A stretch of 64,000 nucleotides of DNA from Lama glama (Eukaryota). The position numbers were made by a program, and so were the translations under genes. Location: assembly GCA_028534125.1 (NCBI GenBank), contig CM052817.1, positions 15,378,001-15,442,000 on the forward strand, given 5' to 3'. Shown one piece after another: positions 52,406 to 64,000 of this stretch (within the stretch, counting starts at the first letter, position 1; the number at the start of each line of letters is the position of its first letter). Under the pieces are notes generated by a model that did no database searches, was not told where the DNA came from, and was given only the letters and a program-made list of their open reading frames with translations.

Positions 52406-52494
52406 ATTGGTAATTTCTCTCAGTTTTTTTGGTATCATAAAAATGAACTGACCTTAATGGGTAGATTTTGGGCCACTCACATAGATCCTACAGG

Positions 52495-52820
52495 TGTTAT
52501 GGACTGAGTTGTATCCCCCCCAAATTCATATGTTGAGGGTTTAACTTCCAATGTGACTGTGTTTGAAGATTACCTGAAATGAAGTGTCCTTATAAAAAGA
52601 GGAGATGCCAGGAGTGCATCTGCCCACAGGGAAAGGCCACGCGAGGACAAAGTGGGAAAGTGGCGTCTGCAAACCCGGAAGAGAGGTCTCATCAGAAACC
52701 AACCCTGTCAGCACCTTGTTTTTGAGCCTTCAGGCTCCAGAGCTGTGAGAAAGCAGATTTCTGTCGTTTAAGGCACTCGATCTGTGGTGTTCTGGATGGC
52801 AGTCTGAGCAGATGAATAAC
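52495..52820 (+). mobile_element. MaLR solo LTR (MLT1A/B-like)
   Basis: tgttatggactgagttgtatccccccaaattcatatgttgag...ctccagagctgtgagaaagcagatttctgtcgtttaagg; acagg on both flanks. Confidence 0.9.
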
Positions 52821-54678
52821 ACAGGCTGAAATATTTTCAAAAGAAATGGCAAGTGGCAGGTGAAGTCAATGTGATGGTCTTTAGCGTGATGAAATTATTT
52901 CTCCTGGAAGTTGTATTCCATCATGGTAAGAGGACTTGTGCCAAATTTATCAGGCTCTGACGAGAGGACCACTCACATTGGACAAAGCAAACACTCTGAC
53001 TTTGAAGGTTCTCGTATGGGCGAGACTGACTCTCTAACTTGTTTTTCTTTGCTTCCATGGATGACTCATTCTTCCTCTGGGAAAGTCATTCGTTTCTTAG
53101 TTTTTTTTTTTATTAATATAATCAAAAAATTACAGTTTGGTCTTATGGACCAGAGACCCTCTGTATTTTTCTAAGTTGACTTGGCATGTCTCAACTCAAA
53201 CACATTCTGTGTTACTTACATAGTCAATTTGCAGAGGAAGTGTTTATCTCTGCCTGTGTGTGCATTAGACAGTCAGGAAATCAGGGTGGGGACAGGGGGT
53301 GTGGGCTTCCATAGCAGATCGAGGGAAAAATGGAAGTAAGTGATGCGGCAAACCCTCTTTCTTAGAAGAATTGGCCACAGATTTTTTTAAAAGTATTTTC
53401 TCAATAGGCAGAACAGTTGATTAAGAGGGAAACTTCGCCTCATGGCCACAATGGATAACTGAATGTTTATGCTGATTAAAATAGATGTACTGGCATCTGT
53501 TTGATGCCATTCAATGTCGTCTTCTACTGAGTTCAGATTATTTTTTTCCCTAGTCACTCTTCAATTGTAAGTATCTATTATAAATAAGTTAGTTTTAAAT
53601 AAGCTATTTCTAAAAGCCAGAGGAAGTATATTTTTCACATTTCTTTTTATTTGCTGTGGTAAAAAAGGAAACCTCTGTCTCAGTCACCATGATTATTAAG
53701 TCATTTCTCCACAGGTTTCCAGGGACCCTCTGCTAACTAATTTCCATTTTCAGTTGCTGATGACTATGTTCATTCAACTAGAGTGATGGAGTTTCTTTTC
53801 ATTGGTTTTAAAATAGGGTCTTTTATGGAAGGTTCCTGCATATCACTGTGGAAGGTGCAGTATGCCATTTGTTTTTGTTAAAAGTTTCATTCAGTTCATA
53901 CATGACTGAAGACGCCTGGATGGTGAGTTCTGCCCTGAATTCCCTGAGTTTATTACCAAAGAAATGTAGTCTTCAAGTATCCCACAGAGGGGAGAGACAT
54001 AATATCTATTGTTAATAATTTTCATTCCTACATTCCCAGTACTTTGCACAAGATGCTTTACAATATAATTCCCACTTTCCGGGTGAATAAACTGAGGATC
54101 AAAAAGGTGAAGTGTGTCAGCTTGGGTGTAGAATGGCATGAAGAGAACTGTACCGGCTTCCTCCATCAGGAAATGGAGATACCAGGTTTCCATCCCAGAT
54201 CCATTTGCCGTAAATCCAAGGCGACCCGTTAGTCCTGGTTTCCCCAGGGCTTTCCATTTGAGCACCAAGTGTCCTCATCCTGTCAGTCCTGAGTGAGCTA
54301 GGACCATTGGTCACCTTGCCAAATCCTAAGCTCTTCTCACAGTACCACGTTGTTGGTTCATGCTATGACTTTATCGATAGATTTGCTAAATCACATATCT
54401 TAAAGGGAAATATTAGTATGAAGTGGGTACTATGTTCAAAATATTAACCAAAGTTTTCTCCCCTATGTTTGCTCATACACAATGGCCTTTCTTACAATTA
54501 ATCAGCTAGGACCTTCTATGCTCTCAGATTTCAAGGTAGAATGTTCAATAGGGAATAGGAGTTGTTTACTGGTCCATTTCAAGTTTAGATCCTTTAAAGA
54601 GTGGGAAAGTCTTTAATGAGGACAATTAATTTGGTAATCTATATGATGACAAATAAATAAGAGCTTAATCCCTGAACA

Positions 54679-54925
54679 TGATGATGATGATGATGATAGC
54701 TAAAATACGTTGGATATATGCTATACTGAAAACACTCTTCTAAGTGTTTTACAAATGTTGCCTTACACTTTTCATACAAATTATTTACTCCTTATTTTAC
54801 AGATGAGGAAACTAAGGCACGGAGAGACTAAGAAAAGTTTCTAAGTTCAAACATACAGTAAGTGATAGCAAACATTCAGCTTCAGGCAATCTGGCTCCAG
54901 ACACTGTGCTCTTAAGCGCTGTGCC
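54679..54925 (-). mobile_element. MIR SINE preceded by (GAT)n
   Basis: ttttacagatgaggaaactaaggcacggagag...ggcaatctggctccagacactgtgctcttaa. Confidence 0.85.
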
Positions 54926-55219
54926 CTGTGGAATAGAAAGTGGTAACATTGGTTGTAGACCAAGAGGGTCAATTGGAAGGGAAGGAATGAGGAATTAGAT
55001 GGCAGTTGGTCCTTGAGAAGAGGCTCAATAACTACTCAATCTTTGAGGGGTTGAGTCTTGGGGAGAACAGATAAGAAAATCAAAATGTATTTTGAAGGAA
55101 TCTAGAAAAAGGAGTGGATTTGTGTTCCATTTCCAAGTAGACTCAAGATAGGGCAGGATCCCAGAGTAGAAATCACCTTGTGGTTAGTGTAGGAGTTTAT
55201 TCCTGAGATAACAGGGATC

Positions 55220-55645
55220 AATTAGGATTTGGTTCATCTATACATAATAAAAATTCCAAATAAGGGAGCTTCAAACAAATAGAGGGTTTTTGTTTTTATT
55301 TTTGTTCTTCCCAAGTTCAGTTATAGTAACTGGATAATCATCAGGCAACAAGTTTCTTTATTATCATCTTTATCATATTTCTTATGCTCTGAAATGACTG
55401 TATGAGCCATTACATTTATATTTAAAGGCAGGAAGGAGGTACAAAAGAAGAGCAAAAGAACACACCTCCTTTCAAAGTCCCATCCAGCAATGTTTTGCAT
55501 ATTGGATTAGGACCACTCTCATGAACTGTTTTTGACTTAGTTGCCTCTTTGAAGACCCAATCTTAAAATGTGGTCCCATTCTGAGGTCCTGGGTGTTAGT
55601 ACTTCAACATATAAATTTGAAGGGGACACAATTAAGCTCTTAATA
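55220..55645 (-). mobile_element. MLT1 LTR fragments (old MLT1 and MLT1A/B-like piece)
   Basis: cattctgaggtcctgggtgttagtacttcaacatataaatttgaaggggacacaatt. Confidence 0.65.
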
Positions 55646-56260
55646 TCAACTTTTCACCAAAATGATCCCGTGCTTATTACACTATTGGGGGACACTTCAG
55701 GATTATAGAAAGCCTAAGGGTCATCATTACACAAGGGTTATTGAGTGATCACCCTCTGTTTACTAGACCCTCTGTTGGGAGTTGTAGGACCACAAGACCC
55801 CAGCACTGTACAGAGCTTCTCAGCAACAGAGGTTTCCAGATACTGACATGTTGCACAAGGCAATCTATTCTACCTGATCTCTTATTGAAGTTTATCCTAC
55901 TATAAAGGTAAGGAAGATTCCACATAGTTAAACTATAAATGAGGCCGGTGCTTTAATAATAACAAGGATTAAAAAAAATTAGCAAAGATATACTCAGTAT
56001 ATATGGTGTGAATAAATGTGAGAACAAAATATTACTGCTAAAATCCCTTGTAAATGAGTCTAGTTTATGATATTTAGTAGTTGCGTAAGCCTGGTTACTC
56101 ACATTACATCTTCTCTTTAGAATAGGGATAATAATTATTTATAAAGCCTGATTAAATAGCACACCATATGACAGGAGCCATTTTTAAGCTCTAATCATAC
56201 TATATAGTAGTTATTTTTGGAATCTACATTAATATTAATTATATAGTATATATTATTTGC

Positions 56261-56275
56261 ATATATATATTATAT

Positions 56276-56312
<37 letters not shown>
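56261..56312. repeat. (TA)n microsatellite
   Basis: Directly visible. Confidence 0.95.
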
Positions 56313-56678
56313 GTTATTTGCAGGGAAGAAAAACACCCTCCGTTATCTCCATGCAGGGTCATTTCACTCAGGAAGTCCCCACAACACATCAGGGACTTCT
56401 GCACCGCTTTCTCTGACATCCCTGCCATTCTTCTTGGCGGGATTGAAGAGCACAAGGGTGCTATTTGTTTAGAGTCTGTGGTGCTCACCAACTTCTCTGT
56501 ACAAGATTATCTCTTTGTCCAGTGGCCTGAGGGAAACTGGGGAAGGGCTTTCCTACTTCCGCTTTTTGCAAAATATACATACCTTTTTAGTCCATTCAAA
56601 ATATCAAAGCATTAGTGGGATATCAGATAGAGAAGAATACTCAAAGAAGAGAAGAGAAGAAATACTAAAAATTGATTC

Positions 56679-57040
56679 TGTATCAGTTCGGTTTAGTTTG
56701 GCTTATGCTGCCAGACCAAAACAATCCCAAATATCAGTAGCTAAAAAAATGTATTTCTTGTTTATGTTACATACCCAACATAGGCAAGCAGGAAAGGTTT
56801 TTCTCTTGTGGTCACTCAGAAATCCACAAGACAGGCTTTCCTTTGACATACATACGTACCAAGTGAATGTGGTAAACTGCATAAATTGCATATTGTGCCT
56901 TAGAGTTACCGCCAGGAAGTGACATATGCCACATCTGCTCACATTTCCTGGATTAAAGCAAGTCACATGGTCATGCCTAACTTCCACCTTGTGCCTGGAA
57001 GGGAGATGGAAACAGTTGTTGAACAGTAATAACGTCTATC
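56679..57040 (-). mobile_element. Old MaLR LTR (MLT1K/L-like)
   Basis: ttatgctgccagaccaaaacaatcccaaatatcagtagct...aaagcaagtcacatggtcatgcctaacttc. Confidence 0.7.
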
Positions 57041-57770
57041 ATTTATTAATTTAGTAATCCCCTCCACATGAGAAAAGCCTACCATGTGTCAAGAAATGGC
57101 CTAAGCACTGAGGATATAGGGATTTTTATAAACCTTCTGTTCTGATGCTTATGAAATGTATCATGAATATGTATGTGATGGGTAGTATCAAAGTGAGAAA
57201 GGTGGATAGAGAAGGTCTGGAGTAGAGTGGTTGCAACTGTATATAGGCTTCTCAGGGAAGGTTTCCCCGACAATAAATAATTTTAAATATGTGAAGTAGT
57301 TAAGAGGGTAACCAAGTCATATGGGTAAATATTAGGCAAGCATGCTAGCCAGAGGGAACAGAATGTGCAAGGGCCCTGTGGCAGGAATGTGCCTGTTTTT
57401 CTTGCAGAAAACAAAGAGTAGGAAAGGGGGACAGTGGTAGGGGGTAAGTTTAGAGAGGCAATGGTGAGAGGGAAGAACCTACCATACAGGTCCAGTAGAT
57501 CATTAGGAAGACTATGATTGTGAGTGAGATGGGAACCCACTGTGTGTTTTGAAGAATGAGTGATATGATCAAAGATATTTTAAAGGCTCAAGACTTGGGG
57601 AGAAACATAGAGACCAATAAGAATCTCATTATTTAGGTCAGAAAGGATGGAGGCATTGACCAAGGTAGAGGCATTGACCAAGGTAGAAGCATTGGAAGTG
57701 GTAAGAAGAGGTTGGATTCTGGATATGTTTTGATGACAGTCCAATAAGATGTATTAATGGCCTAGCTTTC
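57040..57770 (-). mobile_element. L2 fragment containing an 18-bp tandem duplication (57650-57694)
   Basis: cagagggaacagaatgtgcaagggccctgtggcagga; (gaggcattgaccaaggta) x 2.5. Confidence 0.75.
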
Positions 57771-58731
57771 AAATAATGACTGTAATTGAGTTTTGATATT
57801 AAAAAAGTAAAGCCTGAAAAAAGATACTACACACCTATGAGGAAACTTGCAGTGTGGGCAGCGTTTTCCCATGACAGTGGGAGAAATGAAGGCAATCTAA
57901 AGGCTAATTTTTCTCCTGCACTTTTCCTCCTCTTTGTAATTTCATATGACCATGTACTTACTTCAGTTTTCATCTTTACATTATTTAACTTCCTCCCGGA
58001 TTAAACAGAGAATATCAGAGGTGGAATCTTTTTTTTTTTTTTTCCTTTTCTACTCCCTTCAAAGTCTAGAACTTTGCTTGAGAAAGAGTGTGTGCTCAAT
58101 GGAAGACATTGACTAAAGAGAACACCAAGACCTGCATTGGAGGGACAAAGATGTCATAAGGCTGCTCCCTGGACCATCACAAAGTAGAGGAGAATGCTTT
58201 GCTTTTCCGCCTTGCACCCTCCCCTGACCATAGTGATATTGGATCTGTTTTACATGCTAGTGGTATTAAGTTCTAGCTTCTTTAAATTTTTTATGTTATC
58301 TGCTATTTTATCTACCTTTTTTCTGCAACTTATGGCTAAACTCTCAAGGGAGTGCATGGTGTATTATATTTATTGAGCAAGCCCAGAAAACCTCACACAA
58401 TTCTATTTATCCAAAAAATGTTTTTGGATGTTTTAATAAGTTAATAAGAAAACAGACCCATTATGTATTCCCAGAATCCTAGGCCGCCCTTTTCTTAAGT
58501 GATATACCTGATGTTTTAGAGGATCTATCAGTATATATACCAGGTAACGCATTTGTCCATAAACATTGGTTGTATTCCAACAATCCAGACACTAACCTAG
58601 TAATTACAAGTGTGATCTGTGTTACCAAGTGAACGTAAAGAGCTCTATAGGAATCTAAAATGCAGCTCAGGCAGCAAAGGGCAATAAATTTGCAAAGTCC
58701 TTAGACCCACTTATGAATGGAAGGTCTATAC

Positions 58732-59224
58732 CAGAGTTGGCAAACTCCAGCTTGTGGGGGAGCTGCATGTTTCTGTAAATACATTTTTTTGTTGAAGCAT
58801 AGTCAGTTGACAATGTTGTGTCAATTTCTGGTATACAGCATAACGTTGCATTCACAAATACACATACATATATTTATTTTCAGATCCTTTTTCATTATAA
58901 GTTACTACAAGATATTGAATACAGTTCCCTTCTATACAGATGAAACTTGTTCATCCATTTTATGTATAAGAGTAGTTAGTATCTGCAAATCTCAGACTCC
59001 CAATTTATTCCTTCCCACCCCCATCCCCCCTAGTAACCATAAGTTTGTTTTCTATGTAAATACATTTTTACTGGAATGCAGCTCTATTCATTCTTTTAAG
59101 TGTTATCTGTGAGTATTTTATTACTACAATGGCAGAGTTGAGTGGCTGTGACAGAAACTTTTAAGATTTGCAAGCCTAAAATACTTCCTGTCTGGCCCTT
59201 TGAGAAAAATTTTGCTGACTCCTG
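58732..59224 (+). mobile_element. MER58A hAT-Charlie MITE with intact 8-bp TSD, interrupted by L1
   Basis: Ends cagagttggcaaact / aattttgctgactcctg; GTCTATAC at 58724-31 and 59225-32. Confidence 0.9.
58789..59054 (-). mobile_element. 5'-truncated camelid-type L1 3' end
   Basis: ttgaagcatagtcagttgacaatgttgtgtcaatttctgg...tagtaaccataagtttgttttctatg; TSD tgtaaatacattttt at 58774-88 and 59055-69. Confidence 0.9.
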
Positions 59225-60228
59225 GTCTATACAATGGTTAGCAACAATCGCAGAAATACTTGTAACTTTGAAGTGTGATGCTCACCGAGAACTATTCTTC
59301 TTGGTTCTATCATGTAGGGTTGGCACTGACAGCAGAATTCCTAGCTGATTGGCTTATGAAATCAAGCTTGGCAAATAAGGGCATTTCTGTAGGTTGACCT
59401 GAAGGAGGGCATTGGTCCTGATGGATTATTTTTACACAAGACCAGGAGAGCCTCTGTAAACATGGGACGGTTGGTCTACCCCTCACTTTAAATAGTGAGA
59501 AAAACAGCAGAGAAGCTATCTCCAAAACCAAGTGTTGATTTATTAACATTGGCACTCCTTAAGCCCACGTTTGCCTTGTCATGACAATAAAGTTATTGAA
59601 ATTAAAATTGAATCAAATTGACAGGCAGCAAGAACTATAGCTAAACTGGCCCAAGTACATTTTTTATTTATAGGATTCAGCATAGCGTATTATAGGGGCA
59701 TTTGATGAAAGCTGAAATCATTCCCAAACTGAGAAATGACTAGAACAGGGCAAATTGCCCACCAGTTGTCTCTGATCGGGTTTTACACGGCATGCAGTGT
59801 GCATGGTGCACCTTGTAGGTGGCAATCCAGTGACACAGGGACTATTATTACTGGGCAGAGAACAATTTCCTCCAAAAAAAAAAAAAGTTTGTAGAATTCC
59901 TACCCAAATCTAGGAGTTTCAAGCAAATGTCAGTGACCACACATGCATTCCATTATTTTCACATTTCTGAAGAAGAATTTCTGTTGTTCTGCCCACAGAA
60001 GTTTTATATTTTTATTTTTATTTAAATTCACAATAGATATGAACTCCTTTTTTTCTCTTTTAGGATTTAATCACATTTATTGAACACTCATCAGCACAAT
60101 AAATTTATCATATGAGAAATCCCAGTAATAATGGTAGAACAGACCCATTGCCTTTAAAGAGAGTACAACCTAAAAAGGGAAAGAAAATAAGTTCTAAAAT
60201 ATTTTGTAAAGCAGGAAACAAAGCCTAA

Positions 60229-60266
60229 AACACACACACACGCTCACACACACACATACTCACACA
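60229..60266. repeat. Imperfect (CA)n microsatellite
   Basis: Directly visible. Confidence 0.85.
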
Positions 60267-60922
60267 AAACATTTATAAAAGGTGTGGGGCTGTGGGGTTG
60301 CCTGGCGTACTGGATATCTGATATTACACGAACTATGTCCTAAACCAACTTAGGATTTGTTGGGAATGGAAAAGTCATGTTTTGATCATCTTTTTACCCC
60401 CCACAAAATTTAAAGAGAAAAACCTTTAAGAAGACTGCATTACACACAAAAATATTCTAAGTACTGTCATGCAAGAAATTCCAGCTGTGAAACCAGTTCT
60501 GCCTCATGTATAATACACCAAGGACTGAGCCACAGAATTTGAAGTAATTTTAAGAATTATGGGTGGAGATGAACACATTTCTCTTTAAAGGTACTACTAA
60601 ACCGAAGCTAATGCAAATATGCTGCGGACGTTTACATTCTTACATTCTAATCCCCCAACCCCCGTCTAGGATCTGAAATGTGCTTCATGTTTCTAAGTAC
60701 TTTCATATTATTGGTTTTATCCCATAATCTGGTTTGGGAGACAGGCTGAAAGTAGTGATTACCTTTTGTCTTCCGATAGAAAAACTAAGGCTTAGCAGGT
60801 TAAGGGAATATTCTAGATACACATCAGAATTGCTATTAATGGCCAGGTCTTTGGCAATTATTCTGAGGTTCTTGGGAAGGCAAATTTCACATCACATAAA
60901 ATCTTTTCTGAAAGTCTAATAT

Positions 60923-60923
<1 letters not shown>

Positions 60924-60970
<47 letters not shown>

Positions 60971-61020
60971 TTTGTATATATATGGATATATTATATATAT
61001 ATAGAGAGAGAGAGAGAGAA
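60924..61020. repeat. Compound (TA)n(CA)n..(TA)n(GA)n microsatellite
   Basis: Directly visible. Confidence 0.95.
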
Positions 61021-61579
61021 AGTTATAGAAGTCACATTCACTCTGTTCTGCTAATAGTTATTGCAAGGAAATTTCATGGATTATGCTTCTCTTCTGCAGG
61101 CTCAGCAGATGTAGGATTCAATGCTTGCATTGAGAAGGATGTTACATGTTCCTCAGTTCATGGAAACTTCAAGTCTAGAAAACGAAGGAGTCTGGTTAAT
61201 ATCTCTAGAGACCCACAGGGAATGTCACGCTCCATAAAATTGTTTATGCATTCATATACAGCACATGATCATCATCTCTTGGCAAGGGGACGTAGGTTAA
61301 GCACCTTCCATATGCAGCAGAGAAAACCCCTTCGGCAAGGAAGTCTACCCATTGGCATGCACAAATTATACTAACTTTAGTTTCAGTATGTCAATAGGAA
61401 TATTCCCCACGCTTAATAAGAGGCATTGGATTAATGCCGGGTGTTTTCAGCAGGGGAAGGAATGTTCAGATGCTTGGGAAAACAAGGCACCCGGAGGGTG
61501 CAGTGAAGGTCACTTACTCATATTGAAAAATCCATTATTTCCATGGCTGCAAATAGAGTCTACAGTATGCCTGTGGGAT

Positions 61580-61580
61580 A

Positions 61581-61618
<38 letters not shown>

Positions 61619-61620
61619 CG
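61580..61620. repeat. (TG)n microsatellite
   Basis: Directly visible. Confidence 0.95.
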
Positions 61621-62799
61621 ATAAATACACATACATTTTAGGTACTTTTACTGCCACTCCTGCTTAATTTATAAAACTGGGAGAGCAACACTTTCTTGCC
61701 ACGGATGACCAGTTGCTTCTTCAAGTGGTCTTTTCCAATCTCTTCCTCCCTTTCAGGGACGAAGTCTTGAGAATGTGGTTGTATCTGGATGTACATCCAA
61801 AACTGCTTTGTATGCCAATTTGATTGCTCTTTTCATTAATTTTTACACAATTACTCTGAATTGGCAACTAAGATGGACTAAATGGTGAGCCATGGATTTC
61901 ATGTTCAAGGTAGTCTCATTTTAAAGACTCAGGGAATATGGGAGATCCTCTTTTCTCAGTAAAAGAACATTTTTGAAAACACCTGTTAAGGGATTATGGT
62001 CAATTTTCAAAACTGACTTACACATTTTTATGTCCAGAAAAATTCATCTCTTTGACCAGCTTCCATGATGCTTCTGATTTCTACCCAGAGCATTATCATT
62101 TCTTCAGGTTGTAGCCTCACAGTATGCATCTTCAACAGTCAAGTCATTAAGAGTCGTGTCTTTGTGGGCACTATTGTGTAAACCGGTGTATCTAAACAGT
62201 CTATTCACTCAAGGAAATTGCACAGGGCTGGTAAGTTTTGACGGACAGTACGGAGGTTTCATTTACTCAACCACTCATTTTTTAAAGCATTTATTTTTTC
62301 TTTATTAAACTTGACTTATTAGCTTTCCACTGTGGAGGGTAGATGTCCATAGGAGATGCTAATTGCTAAGCGTAGGTCTGATGATGGCAATGGCACCGCA
62401 GGAGACATCCTGGAGCACAAAGCATAGAGAAGTCTAAGCGAGAGGAAGGAATGTTGAGATTCATGAAAAGAAAAGTCACATTAGTCAGAGACTCAAAGTC
62501 AAGTCCCAGCTCAGCCTTTTCCTCTGCTTAATTGTGACCACTGCCTGCATCACTGGGACAGCCAAAGTGGCAGAGCAGACCGTTGAGTGTCTTGAGATAG
62601 TTGAGGAGGGTTGCCCGCCCAGGAACACACACCAGGGCTTTTTGGCCAGTGATGCCTGTCCTGCAATGGTCCTCTCATAGCCCTTTAGGGTTCTAGGTTA
62701 CAGAGCCTGGACCAGGATCTTAATATTAAAACCAATAAGATGATTCTTTAAAGAAAAATGAAAAAGACCATTAAGGGAAGTACAAAGGTCCTGCACACT

Positions 62800-64000
62800 G
62801 AATTCTTCTCAGAGTCAAAGCCAAGATCCTCACAATGGCCTACAAGATGTTCATGACTTATTCAGCCCAACCTCTGTAGCCACTCCCAGTGCATCTCTGA
62901 ACTCGGCTCTCTCTCCACTCACTACAGAGTAAGCTCTATGAAGACAGGAGGTAGAGACCTCCATAGCACCTAAAACAGTGCCTGGCAAAGAATAGCACTC
63001 AGCACATGTTTCTTTAAAGCAATACATGAACAATTAATGGGTTTAATGGCTCTATTTCATAACCCCCTGGAGCCTCAGATCTCTCATTTATACAGATAGG
63101 AGACACACTGCCCATCTTTCAGAGAAGCCAAGAGAATAAAAAAGGATAATGCACATAGAGGATCTGGCAGAGCATTCTACACAGTTGGTACATAATACAT
63201 TTTTGTTTTGCTTCTTGTCCTCTTCTATTTTTCTAGATGTAATAATAGTAGTTAATACTTATTATATTTTTTACCATGTGCCAGGCTCAATGCTGAGAGC
63301 TTTACAATCATTGTCTCTGAATTTTCTCAACCCCATGAACTAAGAACTTTTATTATTCCCATTTTATAGATGAAGATTAGAAAAGTTAAATTATTGTTTT
63401 CCAAGATCACACAGTCAGTAAGCAGTCAAACCAGGATGCAAATAAGGTTTACCTGACACCATGATCCCACATTTTTCCATGACGCTATACTGCAAGTGGA
63501 GTAAGGAATACTTAATTGCACTTTTGAGCTTGAATCATAGCATAGACAGATGACTAATGTATTGCTCAGGCTCCAATAGCTGGGATATAAAGGTGTTGCT
63601 TCCCAGTGGACATCATCATTCGTTTACATGTGGGTTTATTTAATCCCAGGAAGGTTTAAATGGACCAGCTAACTCGGCAAGTGCCTGAACCATCCTCCTA
63701 AAACTCCATCCCTGATTCTAAAGCTCTGAAGGTCTCTAAATATACAACATAGATTTGTTATCTCCCCTGATTACTTACTGGCAAAGAGCTATAATATAAA
63801 ATTAATTACATTTATACATATTATATTGCATATAGCATATTTTCAAATCCTCAAACCAAGCCTATTACACAGGCATTATTATCCCAGTTTTACCACCAAG
63901 GTCACTGAAGAGATTAGAACAATCCCCTGAAGCCACACAGCTAGTGAGTGGCAAAGCCCTTAAGAAATTATGGAATCTGAATTTCAGCAATTGATTTTCG
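62800..64000. mobile_element. L2 and MIR fragment cluster (L2 + about 62800-63040; MIR + about 63060-63200; MIR - about 63240-63490 and 63830-64000)
   Basis: gcacctaaaacagtgcctggca; cccatttttatagatgaaga; gccacacagctagtgagtggcaaagcc. Confidence 0.7.

Noticed and set aside
57650..57694. Short direct repeats as a CRISPR-like array
   Set aside because: Spacer-less 18-bp slippage duplication inside an L2 in a mammalian genome
60928..61624. 148-aa and 90-aa ORFs
   Set aside because: They begin or end in dinucleotide microsatellites (YIYI, CVCV) and show no homology I recognise
1..64000. A novel multi-gene or prokaryote-style system, or a non-retroviral endogenous viral element
   Set aside because: No long ORFs, operon structure or viral protein motifs are visible; the only protein-like signals are LINE-derived

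Overview
This is AT-rich, CpG-depleted mammalian non-coding DNA (intergenic or a very large intron), most likely camelid (camel/alpaca), judged from a vic-1-type tRNA-Ala SINE and artiodactyl-type L1 3' ends. I recognise no host protein-coding exon, functional RNA gene or CpG island. The ORF track is chance ORFs, microsatellite or gap artefacts, and L1 ORF2 remnants. Much of the window is interspersed repeat: L2, MIR, old L1M/HAL1, MaLR (MLT1) and ERV1 LTRs, hAT/Tc2 MITEs, and young 5'-truncated L1s with target-site duplications (TSDs). There is a 500-N gap at 20512-21011. The most notable non-obvious signal is a very old, frameshifted but readable non-L1 reverse-transcriptase fossil (RTE-X-like, L4/L5 type) at about 46.1-46.7 kb. 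Also notable are a NF-Y/CRE/GAS-like motif cluster bracketed by a 30-bp direct repeat (42.7-43.3 kb), a repeat-free enhancer-like block (30.4-31.8 kb), a four-level nested transposon stack, and a few candidate exons. I find no support for a novel multi-gene system. Repeat family names come from remembered consensus sequences and boundaries are approximate unless a TSD is quoted.
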